Positions 11,852 through 24,144 of a stretch of DNA of 64,000 nt are shown piece after piece. Position 1 is the first letter of the stretch, and every line of letters begins with the position of its first letter. The notes under the pieces are model-generated. The model did not search any database. It was not told the origin of the DNA and worked only from the letters and a program-made list of their open reading frames with translations. The DNA is from Psammoneis japonica (taxonomy: Eukaryota), in NCBI GenBank assembly GCA_008632985.1, contig QPGO01000031.1, forward strand, positions 124,001 to 188,000, in the 5' to 3' direction. The position numbers and the translations under genes were made by a program.

Positions 11852-14800
11852 TGTCAGGGATCTTTCACCCATGTGCATCAGAATTCTTGTCTGATGTCAC
11901 AAAGAACAGGTCTCGTGCCTGTTGTGCTTGAAGTCAACAGCCCACAATGGCTTGTTTGAACTTTTGGAACTTGTCACATTGCAGTCAGTGGCTTGGTCAT
12001 GAATTTCCCTTGCGTGTCATTGGCAGGACAATGCTGCACTCGAAAGTTGCCCTTCTTGATTTGATTGGCAACAAAGAAATGCTGAATGTTGAGTGCTCTT
12101 GACCACTTGCTGGCACTCTTGTGCCCATTGGTCTCAAACAGAATGGCGCTCTTGTTTTCCTGATGCAGGACATTCTTGTTGATCAAATGCCCTTGGTGCT
12201 CCATGAACAGCTTGGTCCACAGCATCACAGCCATGGCATCATTGACCTCAACAAGTTTCTCAGCTTCTGTGCTGCTTTGGGTGTCAGCTTCTGGCACTTC
12301 AAGATGGCCTGTGCTGCTCCACCACCTGTGGTCACAACTCCTCCAGTGTGGCTCATGAAATTGGGGTGCGCTGCAAATGATGCATCCACACACCATGAGG
12401 TCCTTCACACTCAATGCAGTGACTTTGTTTCTTGTCCAGTTCAGACCCCAGACACTTGAGACAATGGACTGCTGGCTTCCCACAATCCTTGTTGGCAGGA
12501 TTTCTCACTCATGTGCATGATGCAGTGACAGTGAGGTGCACATCCACCTGGCCTTTCTTGGACAGAAACAGTCTCTTGGCAACCCCCATGCATGGAATGT
12601 CTGAGCCTTCTCATCTGACAGTCTTGTTCCACTGGTGTCAAACATCTCTCCAGCTGGTGTTGCTGCTGAACCCACACTGTCTTTTCCAGAAACTGATCAA
12701 TCATCTTGCAAATGCAGTCTGCTGTGTCAACTTTCACTTTGCCCTTCTGACTGAAGTCCAGGGGGTCATGCCAAGAAAGACATGTCTCTTCCCTCACACA
12801 GCAATGACTTCACCCTGGCTGCCACACATCTTGTTCAGCCAGTTCAGGAACTTGTCATTTGCTTTTGGGTTCTTGTGGCTTGACAACAGGTCATCCACAT
12901 GAAATCAAATTTTGCGCTGCTTGCCATTGACCTCACAATTGGCAACGCAAGGATCGCATGTGTTGGTGAACTTAAACCCTGTCTTCTCCAAGTCTTTTTG
13001 AAATTTGTTGTTGACATGCCACAAATGGCTCTGATGATTTGGATGCAAAGGACTCTCTTGGCCACACAAGGTCTGCACAGGTTGGGATCAATGCTCACCA
13101 GCATGTCCACTGGCACTCCTGCAATCTTTGTCACAATCATCTGGTCTGTGCTTTCTCCAGGCTCTGGCATCACAGTCTGCACCAATGCACTTGGAGTGTT
13201 GGAACTCATTTCATTGCATCCTTCATGGGCATCAACAATCACCATTGTCAACATCCCCTCAAGAGATGCAGTGGGGCCAGCTGACTCATCTTTGTCCAGC
13301 CATTCTTTTGGGCAAGTTTGCCATTGCAGACAACTCACCCTTTTGTGTGACTTTGTCTCATTTCTCAGAGCAAGGAACATCAAGGCTGCCACAGCCTTGG
13401 TCCTTTCAGTCAGAGCCACATCCTTGACTGATGTTGGTGCAAAGCACTCTGTCATGTGACTGTTCAATTTCTTTCTCTGAGGCTTCACACCTCTTCTGGC
13501 CAAATGCTTTGAGGCCTTTGTGAGGCAAATGTTGCTGGGCAAAACATGTGCCCTCTCCACTTTGGAGTCTGTTGATGATCTCACATGTGAAGTGTGCTGC
13601 AAGTGCCATTGCTGTCTCTGCTTCACATTTGACATCGTCCTTTGGATTGGGGCTCATGTTGGAATGTAAATGGTGGTTGCTGCACTCAAGCTTGCATTGC
13701 TCTCTCACTGCTTTTCCAGCTTCTGTCACTCCTGCAAATCAAACTTTCTTTTCTTCATGTTCGTGTGAAGTCAGTTGAAGGATGCACCACTTCTCAGGGT
13801 TCTGCCAGGTGTGGCTCTTGCTTCTTCCTCCAGTCACTGTCCTTCCATCTGCTGTCATCTTGGGAATCAACATCCCCTTCAGACTCTTCATTGTTGCAGT
13901 TTTTGCTCTCTTTCACTTCTTGCTCTTTTCTTGAGCTTCGTGCTGTTGGTCAGGGCTGGGCCTTTCATTGGCCAGCATCTCATTTGCTTATCACATTCAT
14001 CATCTGAGTCAGGTTTGTCTTTGCAGTCTTCATCTTCTGACTTGGTCATGCAGTTTGCATTGCTTTTGCTTTCTGTGATTTTGTCTTTGTCATTGCTGTC
14101 ACTGTTGCTTTCATTTTTGTTGTTGTCCACTCCTGCAGTCCAACCAACATCTCGTAGATTGTTTCTGCATTTTCTTGCAAACTTGAATTCCTTGATGCCT
14201 TGTTGTGTGGCCATTGCTTTGACAGCCACAACATGCACATTGGTCAAGGGGACAGAGGTGCATTTGTGGGGGGTCAATGTCTTCCCCGTGTGCAGGTTCA
14301 CAGCATGGTGACCACCCTTGGGCAAGTCAAAACATGGTGGCAGGCAGATGCTGTTGACACCACCTTGTGGTGTTCATGTTGTCATTCTTGATGTGAGAAA
14401 TGACAAGTTCCCCAAACTCAAACTGAAAATGTTTGTTGCAGTCAAGGCTTTTTCATTGCAAAATTGTGTGTGGACTGCAAGTGTTGGAAATTCCTTCCTT
14501 TTGCAGGTGCACGTTTAACATGACAGCATTCTCTTGATTGTGGCTTGCTTGCACATCAGCTTGGGTGTCATCTTGTGCAGCATGTGATGCACAGTGGCTC
14601 AGGTTTTTGCTCCTTGATGGTCTGGATGCTTTGCTCACCAACTTCAGGAACATGGTCCTCTGCACTGTGTTTGAAGAACAAGTGCAAAAAAGTGGAGCAA
14701 ATGACAAAAAGTGGAAAATTGTGAGATTAGATTCTACATTGCAATTTTGGGATTCTCCAAAGGAACTCTCACAATGGCCTGAAGCTCATTTGCAATTTTT

Positions 14801-16900
14801 TAGACATCTGATCAATTCTGTGTGATTGACCTGACCATTGCATGCATCCATGATTGTCACATGGTTGACATGTGCAATGACACATGACCACAAATGTGCG
14901 CATGCTGCACCTCAGCATTCACAGAGATGAGCTCTAAATTCATGCCATCTCCGTGACTTCTGCCAGCATGTTGTTGAATTCTGGATCACACTGAATGTGA
15001 AATCCATCTTGAACAATGCCATGTTCTTGTGCTGTCAGAGAATCACATCCAAAGCTGTGCTTCTTGGACTTCAGTCTCACACTCAATTGGCACTTGATTG
15101 TCTTGTCAACCACATGCTTCCACAATGTCAATGCAGAGGGTCATGTCTTCTCTCTGCTTCTTGCAGATCTCTGGTGGAGTGGCAATGATGTTGCTCCTCT
15201 TGTGGGAGGTCTTGCCTTTCAGTGCATTGATCACATCTTTGAGTGGGGTGAACAGGTTTTTCACCTGATTGGATCATCAAAACAGCTTGAAATCCCTCAC
15301 ACTGGGCATTCCAGCCTCAGCCTCAATGCTTCCTCAGTGCTTGCCACCTCTTGTTTGGTGCAGCCCTTCACACTCTCTTTCACAGTTGGAACAACAGCCC
15401 TTGATGACTTCTGTGCTTCTTGATGGTCTTCTTTGTGACCTTGTTTTTGTCCTTCAACAGCATGCTCACATGCAACACACAACTCATCTTCTTGAAGTTC
15501 TTTCATGTGGTCAAGGAATCACTGTTTTGGTGCAAATGCATGCAGCCTGATGCCATTGACTTTGAACACCATGACCTGCTTGCCAGACTTCTTGTCCAGC
15601 AGACAGAACTCATCCACCACCCTGTTGTCCTTGCATGCAATGCAGCACTTGCTCTTCACATCCTTCAAGAAACTCAGGATGTTTGCTGTTGAGTTTGGTG
15701 ATCCAAGCTTTGTGTCACCCCATCCTGGCACAGTGCAGTCTTTGTCCAAAGCATCCACTTCTGCACTCATGGACAGGTCAATCTTCTTGACCCTTGCTGG
15801 TCACACATTGTGCACTGGACTCTGGGGCATCTCTTTGATTCTTAAATGTTGATGGGTGGTCATTTTCAGTGACCCATCCTCTGGTTGTTTCACTTCCAGT
15901 GTTTGCTCCAGGGACTTGACAAGTGTGTGGAATGGACATCAACCCCTCATGGAGTCAAGCACAAGTGACTGGATAAGCTTCAACAGCTTGATTGGGTCAT
16001 CTCTGATCCTCAAGTGACTGGGATTAGCCTGCACTCTTTGCTTTTCTTCATTGGCTCTGAGCAGCAATTATCTTGGATTCTTGCCACAAATGTGGCACTC
16101 TTGTTTTCTTTGAGCTTCTTGACTTTCTCATTGCAGAAATGCAACTTGATCTTGTGCTCATGTTCCAGTTGCCTTTCTTCTCTGGCCTTCTTGTTTGCTG
16201 TTTTCTGGCAATCCATGTCTGATGCTGCTGGCACTGCTGCAGATGCCATCTGCAGCATTGGACTCTTGCCAGCAAAAGTCACACATGCCATGTCTTCCAG
16301 GGACCTTGCCAGATGCATGCCTTGATCAGAGCAATTCTTCTGCACCATGTTGATGATCTTTTCCTTGATGTCTCCAAACATCACATTGCATGAGTTGCTG
16401 TTCAATGATGGGCAAAACTTCATTTCTGGCTGAAAGCACTTCTCTTGGGGTGGGTCTTCTTGCTCTTGTTGCAGCAAAACTTGTGGCCTCTGCCACCATT
16501 CCACCTCCTTCTCTGCCACTCACAGTGCAGGTTTCTTGTTTTGGATGATCAAATGGAGGCCAGTGTCACATGCACTGAATGCAGTGCTCTTGACTCTTTG
16601 GAGCGAATGTTGAACCAACAAGTCAATGTCACCAAAAGAGAGTCCTCTGAGGTTTCCTGTGCCACTTGTTGCACTTTGTCCTGGTTGCCATGGCAGCTGT
16701 GTGGTTTGCCTGGAAGCTCTCAACAAACTTTGATCTCACAACACACAAAGGGTGCCCATTGATGCCACAGCATGCTTTGCACAAACCAGACAATTCGCTC
16801 CAAAGAGCAAAATGAAAGAAGGTTGGTGAGATCAGTGATGAGCACACATTTGTTCTCAAAGTGTCACCCAACTCACCATGTCAGGATCCAAAGCATCATC
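11852..16900 (-). mobile_element. Degenerate Ty1/copia (CoDi-like) LTR retrotransposon
   Basis: RNase H remnant SSTEAE..V.DAM..MLWTKLFMEHQGH..NVLHQENKSAILFETNG..S.SK.SRALNI.HFFV...TKPL (11974..12483). RT remnant ALMFL and GPTASLEGMLT (about 12900-13400), integrase remnant about 14300-14900, gag-like region about 16000-16500. A possible LTR end ...CCTGACA followed by TGGT lies at about 16879. Confidence 0.85.
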
Positions 16901-16976
16901 TCTTCAACAGATCTTTTGCTGGGTTTCTCATGTTTCCCCCACTCTTTCTAGATGCTCCAACACATTTAAACCAAAA

Positions 16977-17060
16977 TGCAGCATTGGATGTCACCATTTT
17001 GACTTGCATCTTGGGGTTTGCAGCATTGGATGTTGCAATTTTGATTTGCATCTTAGGGTT
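16977..17060. repeat. 42-bp tandem duplication
   Basis: TGCAGCATTGGATGT...TTTTGA.TTGCATCTT.GGGTT occurs twice with period 42. Confidence 0.75.
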
Positions 17061-18069
17061 TGGCAGCTTTGCACTTGACTGCCCTGTGCATTTTGAGCAC
17101 ACTTGCTCTGGCACTTTTTTGGTTTTTAACCAAAACAAGAAGAACAACACAACCCTTGCCCCAAAGAAGTGACATTCATTGCCAGATGATGAGGGTTGAT
17201 TGGGGCTTTTCCAAATCCTTGTCTTTCACTCATCCTTTTCTTTTGCACTTTCTGGGCTGTTGGGCTCAGTTGATTTCTGCAAGGATGCCAAGACCCAAGT
17301 GCTGGCAGCACAATGAGGTTCTAAAGAATGACCACATGTTTGACTGCTCTTGTTTCAAACAGCAAAGGACAGCTCATGGCTGCTTTAGCTCACAACAAAA
17401 TAAAGGCTGTCACTCTAGACAACCAGCTGCTGAGCACATCATTTCCCTTGCCCCCAAGGTCACACTCATCTCAATCATTTGCAGCATTTTAATGATTGGT
17501 GCACAGACAGAAGTTCTCAAGAGTTTTCATCAGCTCAAATCTTCCCCTTTCTGAGAGCAAAACTTGCAGCTCTTGCCTTTCCCAAGAAGAGTGCCAGCCC
17601 ACTCCAACCATGGAGTGAGTGGGTGGGTGGTGGGGAACTGATTTTGCTGCAGACATGTGGCCATTGGCACACAACCTGGGAGATCACATCATTCTTGTGG
17701 GTTTGCCAGAATTTGAATCCACTGGCCTGGAGATGCACAATCTTTCCTCTGCATGGAAGGGCTCAGTCATTTCAGGTTTTGATGCTGACATTTTTCCTGT
17801 TGTGCCTTGCCCACATGAGCACAAACAAGTGGGGCAGTCCATGCAGGCTGGTTGAAGCACTTCCTTGCAATGCTCATCTTTCTCTTCTTGTTCAAGATTC
17901 CAGTGCAGCATTGACAATGAGCAACAACAAACATGTGAATTTTCATGTGGCAGCGGGCAACTCACAAACTCATGGCACATTTGAAGAGTTCATCAATGTG
18001 GTTCAACAAGCAACAAGCTGCTTGCAAACACAGTTGTGGATGGAGCTGACACAGATTTCATGATGTTTT

Positions 18070-19200
18070 TGAAGGAAAAGTGGAGTTTGGTGGGGCATTC
18101 TGAAGCTTCTGTGATGTCACATGAATTGCACAGCTTGTGAGAAGAGTTTGGTGTGCCTTCAATGCACCGATGCAAGGATCATTCCAATGGAAACAGTGCG
18201 GAGTGTGGCAGCTGTCAGCAGAAGAATTGCGGTGAGGCAAAGCAAAAGCTTGCTCTGAAGAGGGTGTGCAAAGTCGGGTGTCCTTTGCCAAAGCCTGCCT
18301 TCCACTCCTTTGCAGCACCAGTGTCAGAATTGTCTCTTTTTTGGTCCATGGCAATCGATGACCAAAAAATCATTTGAGATGCAACTTCAAGTTGCTTGAC
18401 ATTGTGTTCATCAAAATGTGCCAAGTGTTCTTCAATCTTGTCACCATTTTGCAAAAGTTCCACGTGCCACTAAAGGGCACCATTGGCAAAAAAGTCTGGC
18501 TCCCCAGCCACAGTGTTGCCACTTGAGTTGGTGGCACATGTCTTCAATGGACTTTGTGCATTTCAAAATCTTGATTGCTTTGCATGAAGGCACACTGCGG
18601 CAGCCCAAAATCAACTGCTGCTTGATTGCACAGCTTCTGGTGCTTCTCCAATGACAAGGTCACAACTCACAAAACATCAACGGTGAAAATGGCATTTGTC
18701 CCTGTGATGCTCATTTTCAAAGACCAGTTTGACAGGCTGGATGGTGGTGGAGAATTGGCTGTGAGCACAACAAAATGGGGGCTGTGCAGTGTTGCACTGC
18801 TGTTCACCCACACTGTGCAGATTTGGTCACTGGCATCCCAGCGCTTGTAAAGTCGAGCATCAAACATGAGCAGTGGGGGTGGGTGACTCACACCATGTCA
18901 AGGCACATTTGGAGAGTTTGTGGACAAGGCTCAACAAGCCACCTGCGAGCACAGTTGTGAAGTTGGAGCAGATGCTGCAACGTTTAAAATGGAAAAACGG
19001 AGTTTGGCGGCACTCCAATCAAGCACGAGTGATGAATGGGGATGTTCTCTAGATTCTGCATGATGCGCAGGCAAATGGAGCCAAGCATGCCTTTTAACAC
19101 ACCGATGCAAGGATCATTACACTAGAACAAACAGTGCCAAAATTGGACAAATGCAGTGGCTGCCAGCAAAAGAATTACGGCGAGGTGGAGCAAAGAAAGA
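18070..19200 (+). repeat. Diverged direct repeat pair (about 18070-18250 and about 18990-19200)
   Basis: Shared blocks GGAAAA..GGAGTTTGG, CACCGATGCAAGGATCATT and GCTG.CAGCA.AAGAATT.CGG.GAGG. Confidence 0.65.
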
Positions 19201-19559
19201 GTTGCACTGCAGTGTGACTTGCTTGCTTTAGAGGGCTCATGAGCCAGGTGAACAAAAACTGAGACATCCGGGAAGAAGTCACATCTCATCGACAATTGGA
19301 GTGCGAAGAGAGCCAATCTGACTTAAGGCGTAGTGCGCGTTCTACAAAATATGTACCTGCTGCAAGCCTGCTGCTGTGCCGCCCAGCCTGCTCTCTAGCA
19401 CTAGCTAGCAGCATGTACTCATGAAATAACACTTTCCGATTCGCTACTTATTGCCGCCACTAAGGCAGCTGCATAACTATCCTCCTTAAAACATGTACTT
19501 TGCACGCATTTATGACATCAGTCAGAACCGCTTGGCTGTTGCCTCATGCTCCGGGCTCA

Positions 19560-21030
19560 TCGTCGATGGGCTAACAGGTGACATCTTCGCAAAGGCTTTT
19601 TGGTCCTTTAAAGTCGCCACCAATAGTATCGTCACAGCTATCTTTCCGTACGTTGTCGAGGCACATCCCATTGAAGCAGCACGCTCCACGGTCATCAACT
19701 TTGGGCTCACATGTGACATCTTTACAAAGGCTCTTTGGACCTTTAAAGACACCGTCAGCATCTTCACAACTGTCCTTTAGTGCGTCGTTGAAGCAACGAC
19801 CGCCGACGCAGCACGCTCCGGGCTCATCGTCGACGGGCTTACAGACGACGTCTTCACAAAGGCTATTCGGTCCCTGAAAGACGCCGTCAAGACTATTTTC
19901 ACAACCATCTTTCAGGACGTCGTTCATACAAGTCCCATTGTAGCAGCACGCTCCGGGCTCATCTTCTATTGACTCACACGTGATATCTTCACAAAGGCTT
20001 TTCGGACCTTGAAAAGCGCCGCCAGAATCCTCACACTCGTCCTTTAGGACGTCGCTGGAGCAAAGCCCGTCGACACAGCACGCTCCGGGCTCATCGTCGA
20101 CGGGCTTACAGACGACGTCTTCACAAAGGCTATTCGGTCCCTGAAAGACGCCGTCAAGACTATTTTCACAACCATCTTTCAGGACGTCGTTCATACAAGT
20201 CCCATTGTAGCAGCACGCTCCGGGCTCATCTTCTATTGACTCACACGTGATATCTTCACAAAGGCTTTTCGGACCTTGAAAAGCGCCGCCAGAATCCTCA
20301 CACTCGTCCTTTAGGACGTCGTTGGAGCAAAGCCCGTCGACACAGCACGCTCCGGGCTCATCGTCGATGGGCTTACAGACGATGTCTTCACAAAGGCTAT
20401 TCGGTCCCTGAAAGACGCCACGAGTATCTTCACAACCATCTTTCAGGACGTTGTTGACGCAAGTCCCATTGTAGCAGCACGCTCCGGGCTCATCTGCTAT
20501 TGACTCACACGTGACATCTTCACAAAGGCTTTTCGGACCTTGAAAAGCGCCGCCAGAATCTTCACACTCGTCCTTTAGGACGTCGTTGGAGCAAAGCCCG
20601 TCGACACAGCACGCTCCGGGCTCATCGTCGATGGACTTACAGACGATGTGTTCACAAAGGCTATTCGGTCCCTGAAAGACGCCACGAGTATCTTCACAAC
20701 CATCTTTCAGGACGTTGTTGACGCAAGTCCCATTGTAGCAGCACGCTCCGGGCTCATCTTCTATTGACTCACACGCGACATCTTCACAAAGACTTTTCGG
20801 ACCTTGAAAAGCGCCGCCAGAATCTTCACACTCGTCCTTTAGGACGTCGTTGGAGCAAAGCCCGTCGACACAGCACGCTCCGGGCTCAACGTCGATGGAC
20901 TTACAGACGACGTCTTCACAAAGGCTATTCGGTCCCTGAAAGACGCCACGGGTTTCTTCACAACCATCTTTCAGGATGTTATTGATACAAGTCCCATTAT
21001 AGCAGCACGCTCCAGGCTCATCTTCTTCCT
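19560..21030 (-). repeat. Coding tandem array of 132/135-bp units in alternating A/B (CCYNGT / CCVDGL) dimers
   Basis: GCACGCTCCGGGCTCA recurs about every 132-135 bp, and adjacent dimers are nearly identical. Confidence 0.9.
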
Positions 21031-22735
21031 CTACGTTCTTGCAGTTGGCATCTTCACAAAGGCTTTTCGGACCTTGGAAGACGCCACCAATGGTATCTTT
21101 ACAACTCTCTTCCCGTACGTCGTCGAGGCAAAACCCACTGAAGCAGCACGCTCCACGATCATCGACCTTGGGCTCACAGGTGACATCTTTACAAAGGCTG
21201 TTTGGGCCTTTAAAGACGCCATCAGCATCTTCACAACTGTCCTTCAGTGCGTCGTTGAAGCAACGACCGCCGACGCAGCATGCTCCAAGTTCGTCGAATA
21301 TGGGCATACATGTGACATCTTTACAAAGGCTATTCGGACCTTTGAAGACGCCATCAGCGTCTTCACATTTATCCTTTAGGGCGCCGTTGAAGCAAAGTCC
21401 GCCGACGCAGCATGCTCCAGGCTCATCATCTGTGAGCGTGCATGTGACCTCTTTGCAAATGCTGTCTTTTCCTTTGAAGACACCCCGGTGTTCCGATTCA
21501 CAAAAAGTGACCGGAGAGCCGTCGACGCAAAGCCCGTTGCCGTAGCAGCAAGCCCCACGATCAACTCCTGTAAAGTCACAAATGTCGGGCACAGTACCTG
21601 GGGGAGAGCATTGCTCTCCAAAACCAACGAAAGTCCCTCCCATCCTGCCGCACCTGCTTTTCTTTACATCCCAGCAACGTCCGTTCTGTCCAATGCAGCA
21701 GGCGCCCCGAAGCTTGCAATTGTCGGAGTCGCACGTGGAACCATCGCCAAGGTAGGTACCTCCTCTCAATTTGCACCTGATTTCTGTGACGTCGTTCCCG
21801 CACCTACCAGCCTCTTGCAAGCAACAGCCTCCTCGAGGGCCAACAATTGGATTACACGCTCCCGGGACACACTGTGTTTTCAAGCCCTGGAAGTCGCCTA
21901 CTGTATGAGAAAGTATCCATAATAAACACGTTAGTGTGGTGCCCACACGTGTTCGAAGATATCAAACAAGAGAACAGCAAAGACCCTCACTACATACCTT
22001 TGCATCTCTTCTTTCTGCGAGTCCTACATTCTCCGTTAGAATAACAGCAGGCACCAAAGGCTTCTGGACACTTCTTTCGGCTGCATTTCGAACCGAGCCC
22101 CTTGAATGTGCCCCCACGACTACTACATTCGCGGGGTCTTAGAAAAACACATCGACCTTCGTCTGGGAAACAACAAGCACCATTTCGACAAGATTTCAGA
22201 AAGCACGGCGAGCGCCCTCCGTACGTTCCTCCAAGGAGGTCACACAACCGCTTCGTTGTCATAGTGCACTTAGGCTTTCCATCCAAGCAGCATAGGCCAA
22301 AGGTCTTTAAAGGCTTACGTTCACCGCATGATGAGTGTATTTTTCTGTGTGTCCAATTATTTCTTGCGATGAAACGTACCGATGCTTTTATCCCACCAAG
22401 ATCTCTCTCAATCGTTTCTTTAGCGTCATCCGCAACTCCAACAGGCGCAGGCTGAGAATGCATTCGTCAATGGACAGAATTAGATTTTACGTAAGAAAAT
22501 GGTTTAAGGGATAAACATAGCGTTTCAGCAAAACTTACATTTGTCGAGTCAGTTGAAAGCTCTGGACGCCAAGGAAAACCGCAAAGAGATCACAAAAGAG
22601 ATTAAAAAAAATCAGTTGAAAGCAGTGTACGCGTGCACTTTTCAGAATCATCAAGAACACCACCCCTAACGCACCTGTCGCCTTACAGAGCACGGTTGTT
22701 ATGATAAGAAGTCCTCCTTTGTAAAATAGCCTCAT
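19571..22735 (-). CDS. Secreted Cys-rich GACC-repeat protein, paralogue 2 (repeat-expanded, C-terminally truncated)
   Basis: Signal exon MRLFYKGGLLIITTVLCKAT, 23-nt micro-exon (ELSTDSTN), and further exons including the 791-aa ORF 19571..21946 with many DEPGACC repeats. It ends at a TAG where paralogue 3 has Lys. Confidence 0.8.
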
Positions 22736-22813
22736 TGTGGACCAAGAAGAATCGTAATGATTGCAAGCAAAAGTTGATTCGTATTTCGTTTTATGAGAAG
22801 CAAAAAGCCAGTC

Positions 22814-23020
22814 TGGGGGACGTCTTCGGAAGTGAGACTGTCGAAGAAAGTTACGTAGAATTTGTACTAAAACAGTCTGTCAATCAGTGCGATTGGGTAT
22901 TTGGGACCTCTGGACAGATCCTACGTGTTTTCTTGCGCGTACAAAATGTACTGGGAAAACCCCCAAACGCACTGGCGATCAGACCGCCTTCGACGATCTC
23001 ACTTCCAAAGACGCCCCCCA
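22814..23020. mobile_element. 207-bp MITE with 33-bp TIRs and 4-bp TSD AGTC
   Basis: Left TIR TGGGGGACGTCTTCGGAAGTGAGACTGTCGAAG vs right TIR reverse complement TGGGGGGCGTCTTTGGAAGTGAGATCGTCGAAG (29/33). AGTC flanks both sides. The paralogous locus at about 49360 has the empty site GCC-AGTC-GTGTCG. Confidence 0.9.
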
Positions 23021-23419
23021 AGTCGTGTCGTCAATGTTCTCACGGTGATGAAATGACGATGTTGTGTGTAGGTTGTAGGTTCTACGTAGTCCAATACTAG
23101 GGGAAAATATTTAACAATCATGACCTAGAGACTTGCAAGGTCATAGGGAGCTATTGCTCCGACAAGCAAATTCTCGTTTTTCGTTAATTGTCAGATGAAC
23201 AATTGTTTCTTTTTATTTAACACCTTTTCGTTAAATGTTCCAGTTTGTTAAAGAATGTGACAAAATCATGACAATCGTTCAAGTGTCGCAGACATATCGA
23301 AATGGCATTTTGGCCGCGCGCACCTAAACTCTAGTAGAGGAACCTATCCTCGATAGTCGGGCTACAAACACTCGTTGAGCGAGACCGACGACCGACGACC
23401 GACGACGACTTCTTGCAGT

Positions 23420-24144
23420 TTTGAGGGAACGTACAGCATTTAGTCACCGTTGTTGCTCTCTTCTTCCACAAGCAAAAGGGATTCAGATCAATGGAAAACT
23501 CAAAGTGAATGAGGGAATGCACCTGTTTTCGGTTCCCTTCCAACTGAACGGGGAACGAACAACAACAAAATTCGCTGCGTTGCTGTCACCGAAGAGATTT
23601 CGTTGCATGCTTGTGAAGCTTTTTGTCCACATCAATGAACCGTTTTCTTTTCAAGCTCTCAAATGGCATCTTTTGTGAGGCCATCCTTTCATCAAGCTTC
23701 TCAGCATCGTTCCAGAAGGAGAGCGACGTTGGTCAGTTGGTCGGCAAAGTCATCTTTCAACCTTCGCACCTCTTCTCATTCTTGTCCCAAAGTCATGCAC
23801 ACATGTGGAAACACAAGACAGAAATTGTCTGGTCTCATGGCTGCAACAGGCAACAAAGATGAAGGAGATGTCAGAATCGACTCAGATGGGTCGGGAGAGA
23901 AACACAGCGAATGTGAGGAATGCGCGCAACACTTGTGTCCAACAAACCTTTTTCACCCTGTCAAGATGGGATTGGATGCATTCATTGCCTTCACAAGCTT
24001 TTTGGGCAACCCATGGACAAGACAACTGTTGCTCACATTGTGGGAACAAACGGAAAGGGAAGCATCATGCTGAAAATTGCCAAGGTGCTTGAGTCATCTC
24101 CGGGCAATCTAAAGGTGGGCTTGTTTTGTTCACCACATGTTTCT
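23420..24144 (+). pseudogene. folC: Truncated, hypermutated copy of the folylpolyglutamate synthase 5' region
   Basis: Aligns to 49945..50688 and keeps HIVGTNGKGS and GLFCSPHVS. It has deletions, frameshifts and systematic TA/CG to TG/CA changes, and is cut off by the TE block. Confidence 0.9.

Larger units (their letters stand above)
10680..19300. other. Hypermutated (TpA- and CpG-depleted, TG/CA-rich) TE block A
   Basis: TA is almost absent and CG strongly depleted, in sharp contrast with the flanks. Predicted peptides are nearly Tyr-free and Cys/His-rich. Confidence 0.9.
19480..24144. repeat. Segmental duplication of about 46895..50688 (GACC gene, divergent promoter and 5' part of folC)
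   Basis: Colinear high identity in 3' UTR, exons, introns, promoter and folC 5' coding sequence. Similarity ends at ...CCACATGTTTCT (24144 vs 50688). Confidence 0.9.

Noticed and set aside
10686..19316. Numerous 60-260 aa Cys/His-rich ORFs in all frames (also 24-38 kb, 53.6-56.6 kb and 60-64 kb)
   Set aside because: By-products of TAA/TAG and Tyr codon erasure in decayed TEs, not genes.
19560..21030. CRISPR-like array
   Set aside because: The units are in-frame coding repeats without unique spacers; eukaryotic context, no cas genes.
8245..22735. Idea that the Cys richness of the GACC proteins was generated by TAY->TGY hypermutation
   Set aside because: These genes keep Tyr, TA and CpG, and their Cys spacing is regular and conserved among paralogues.
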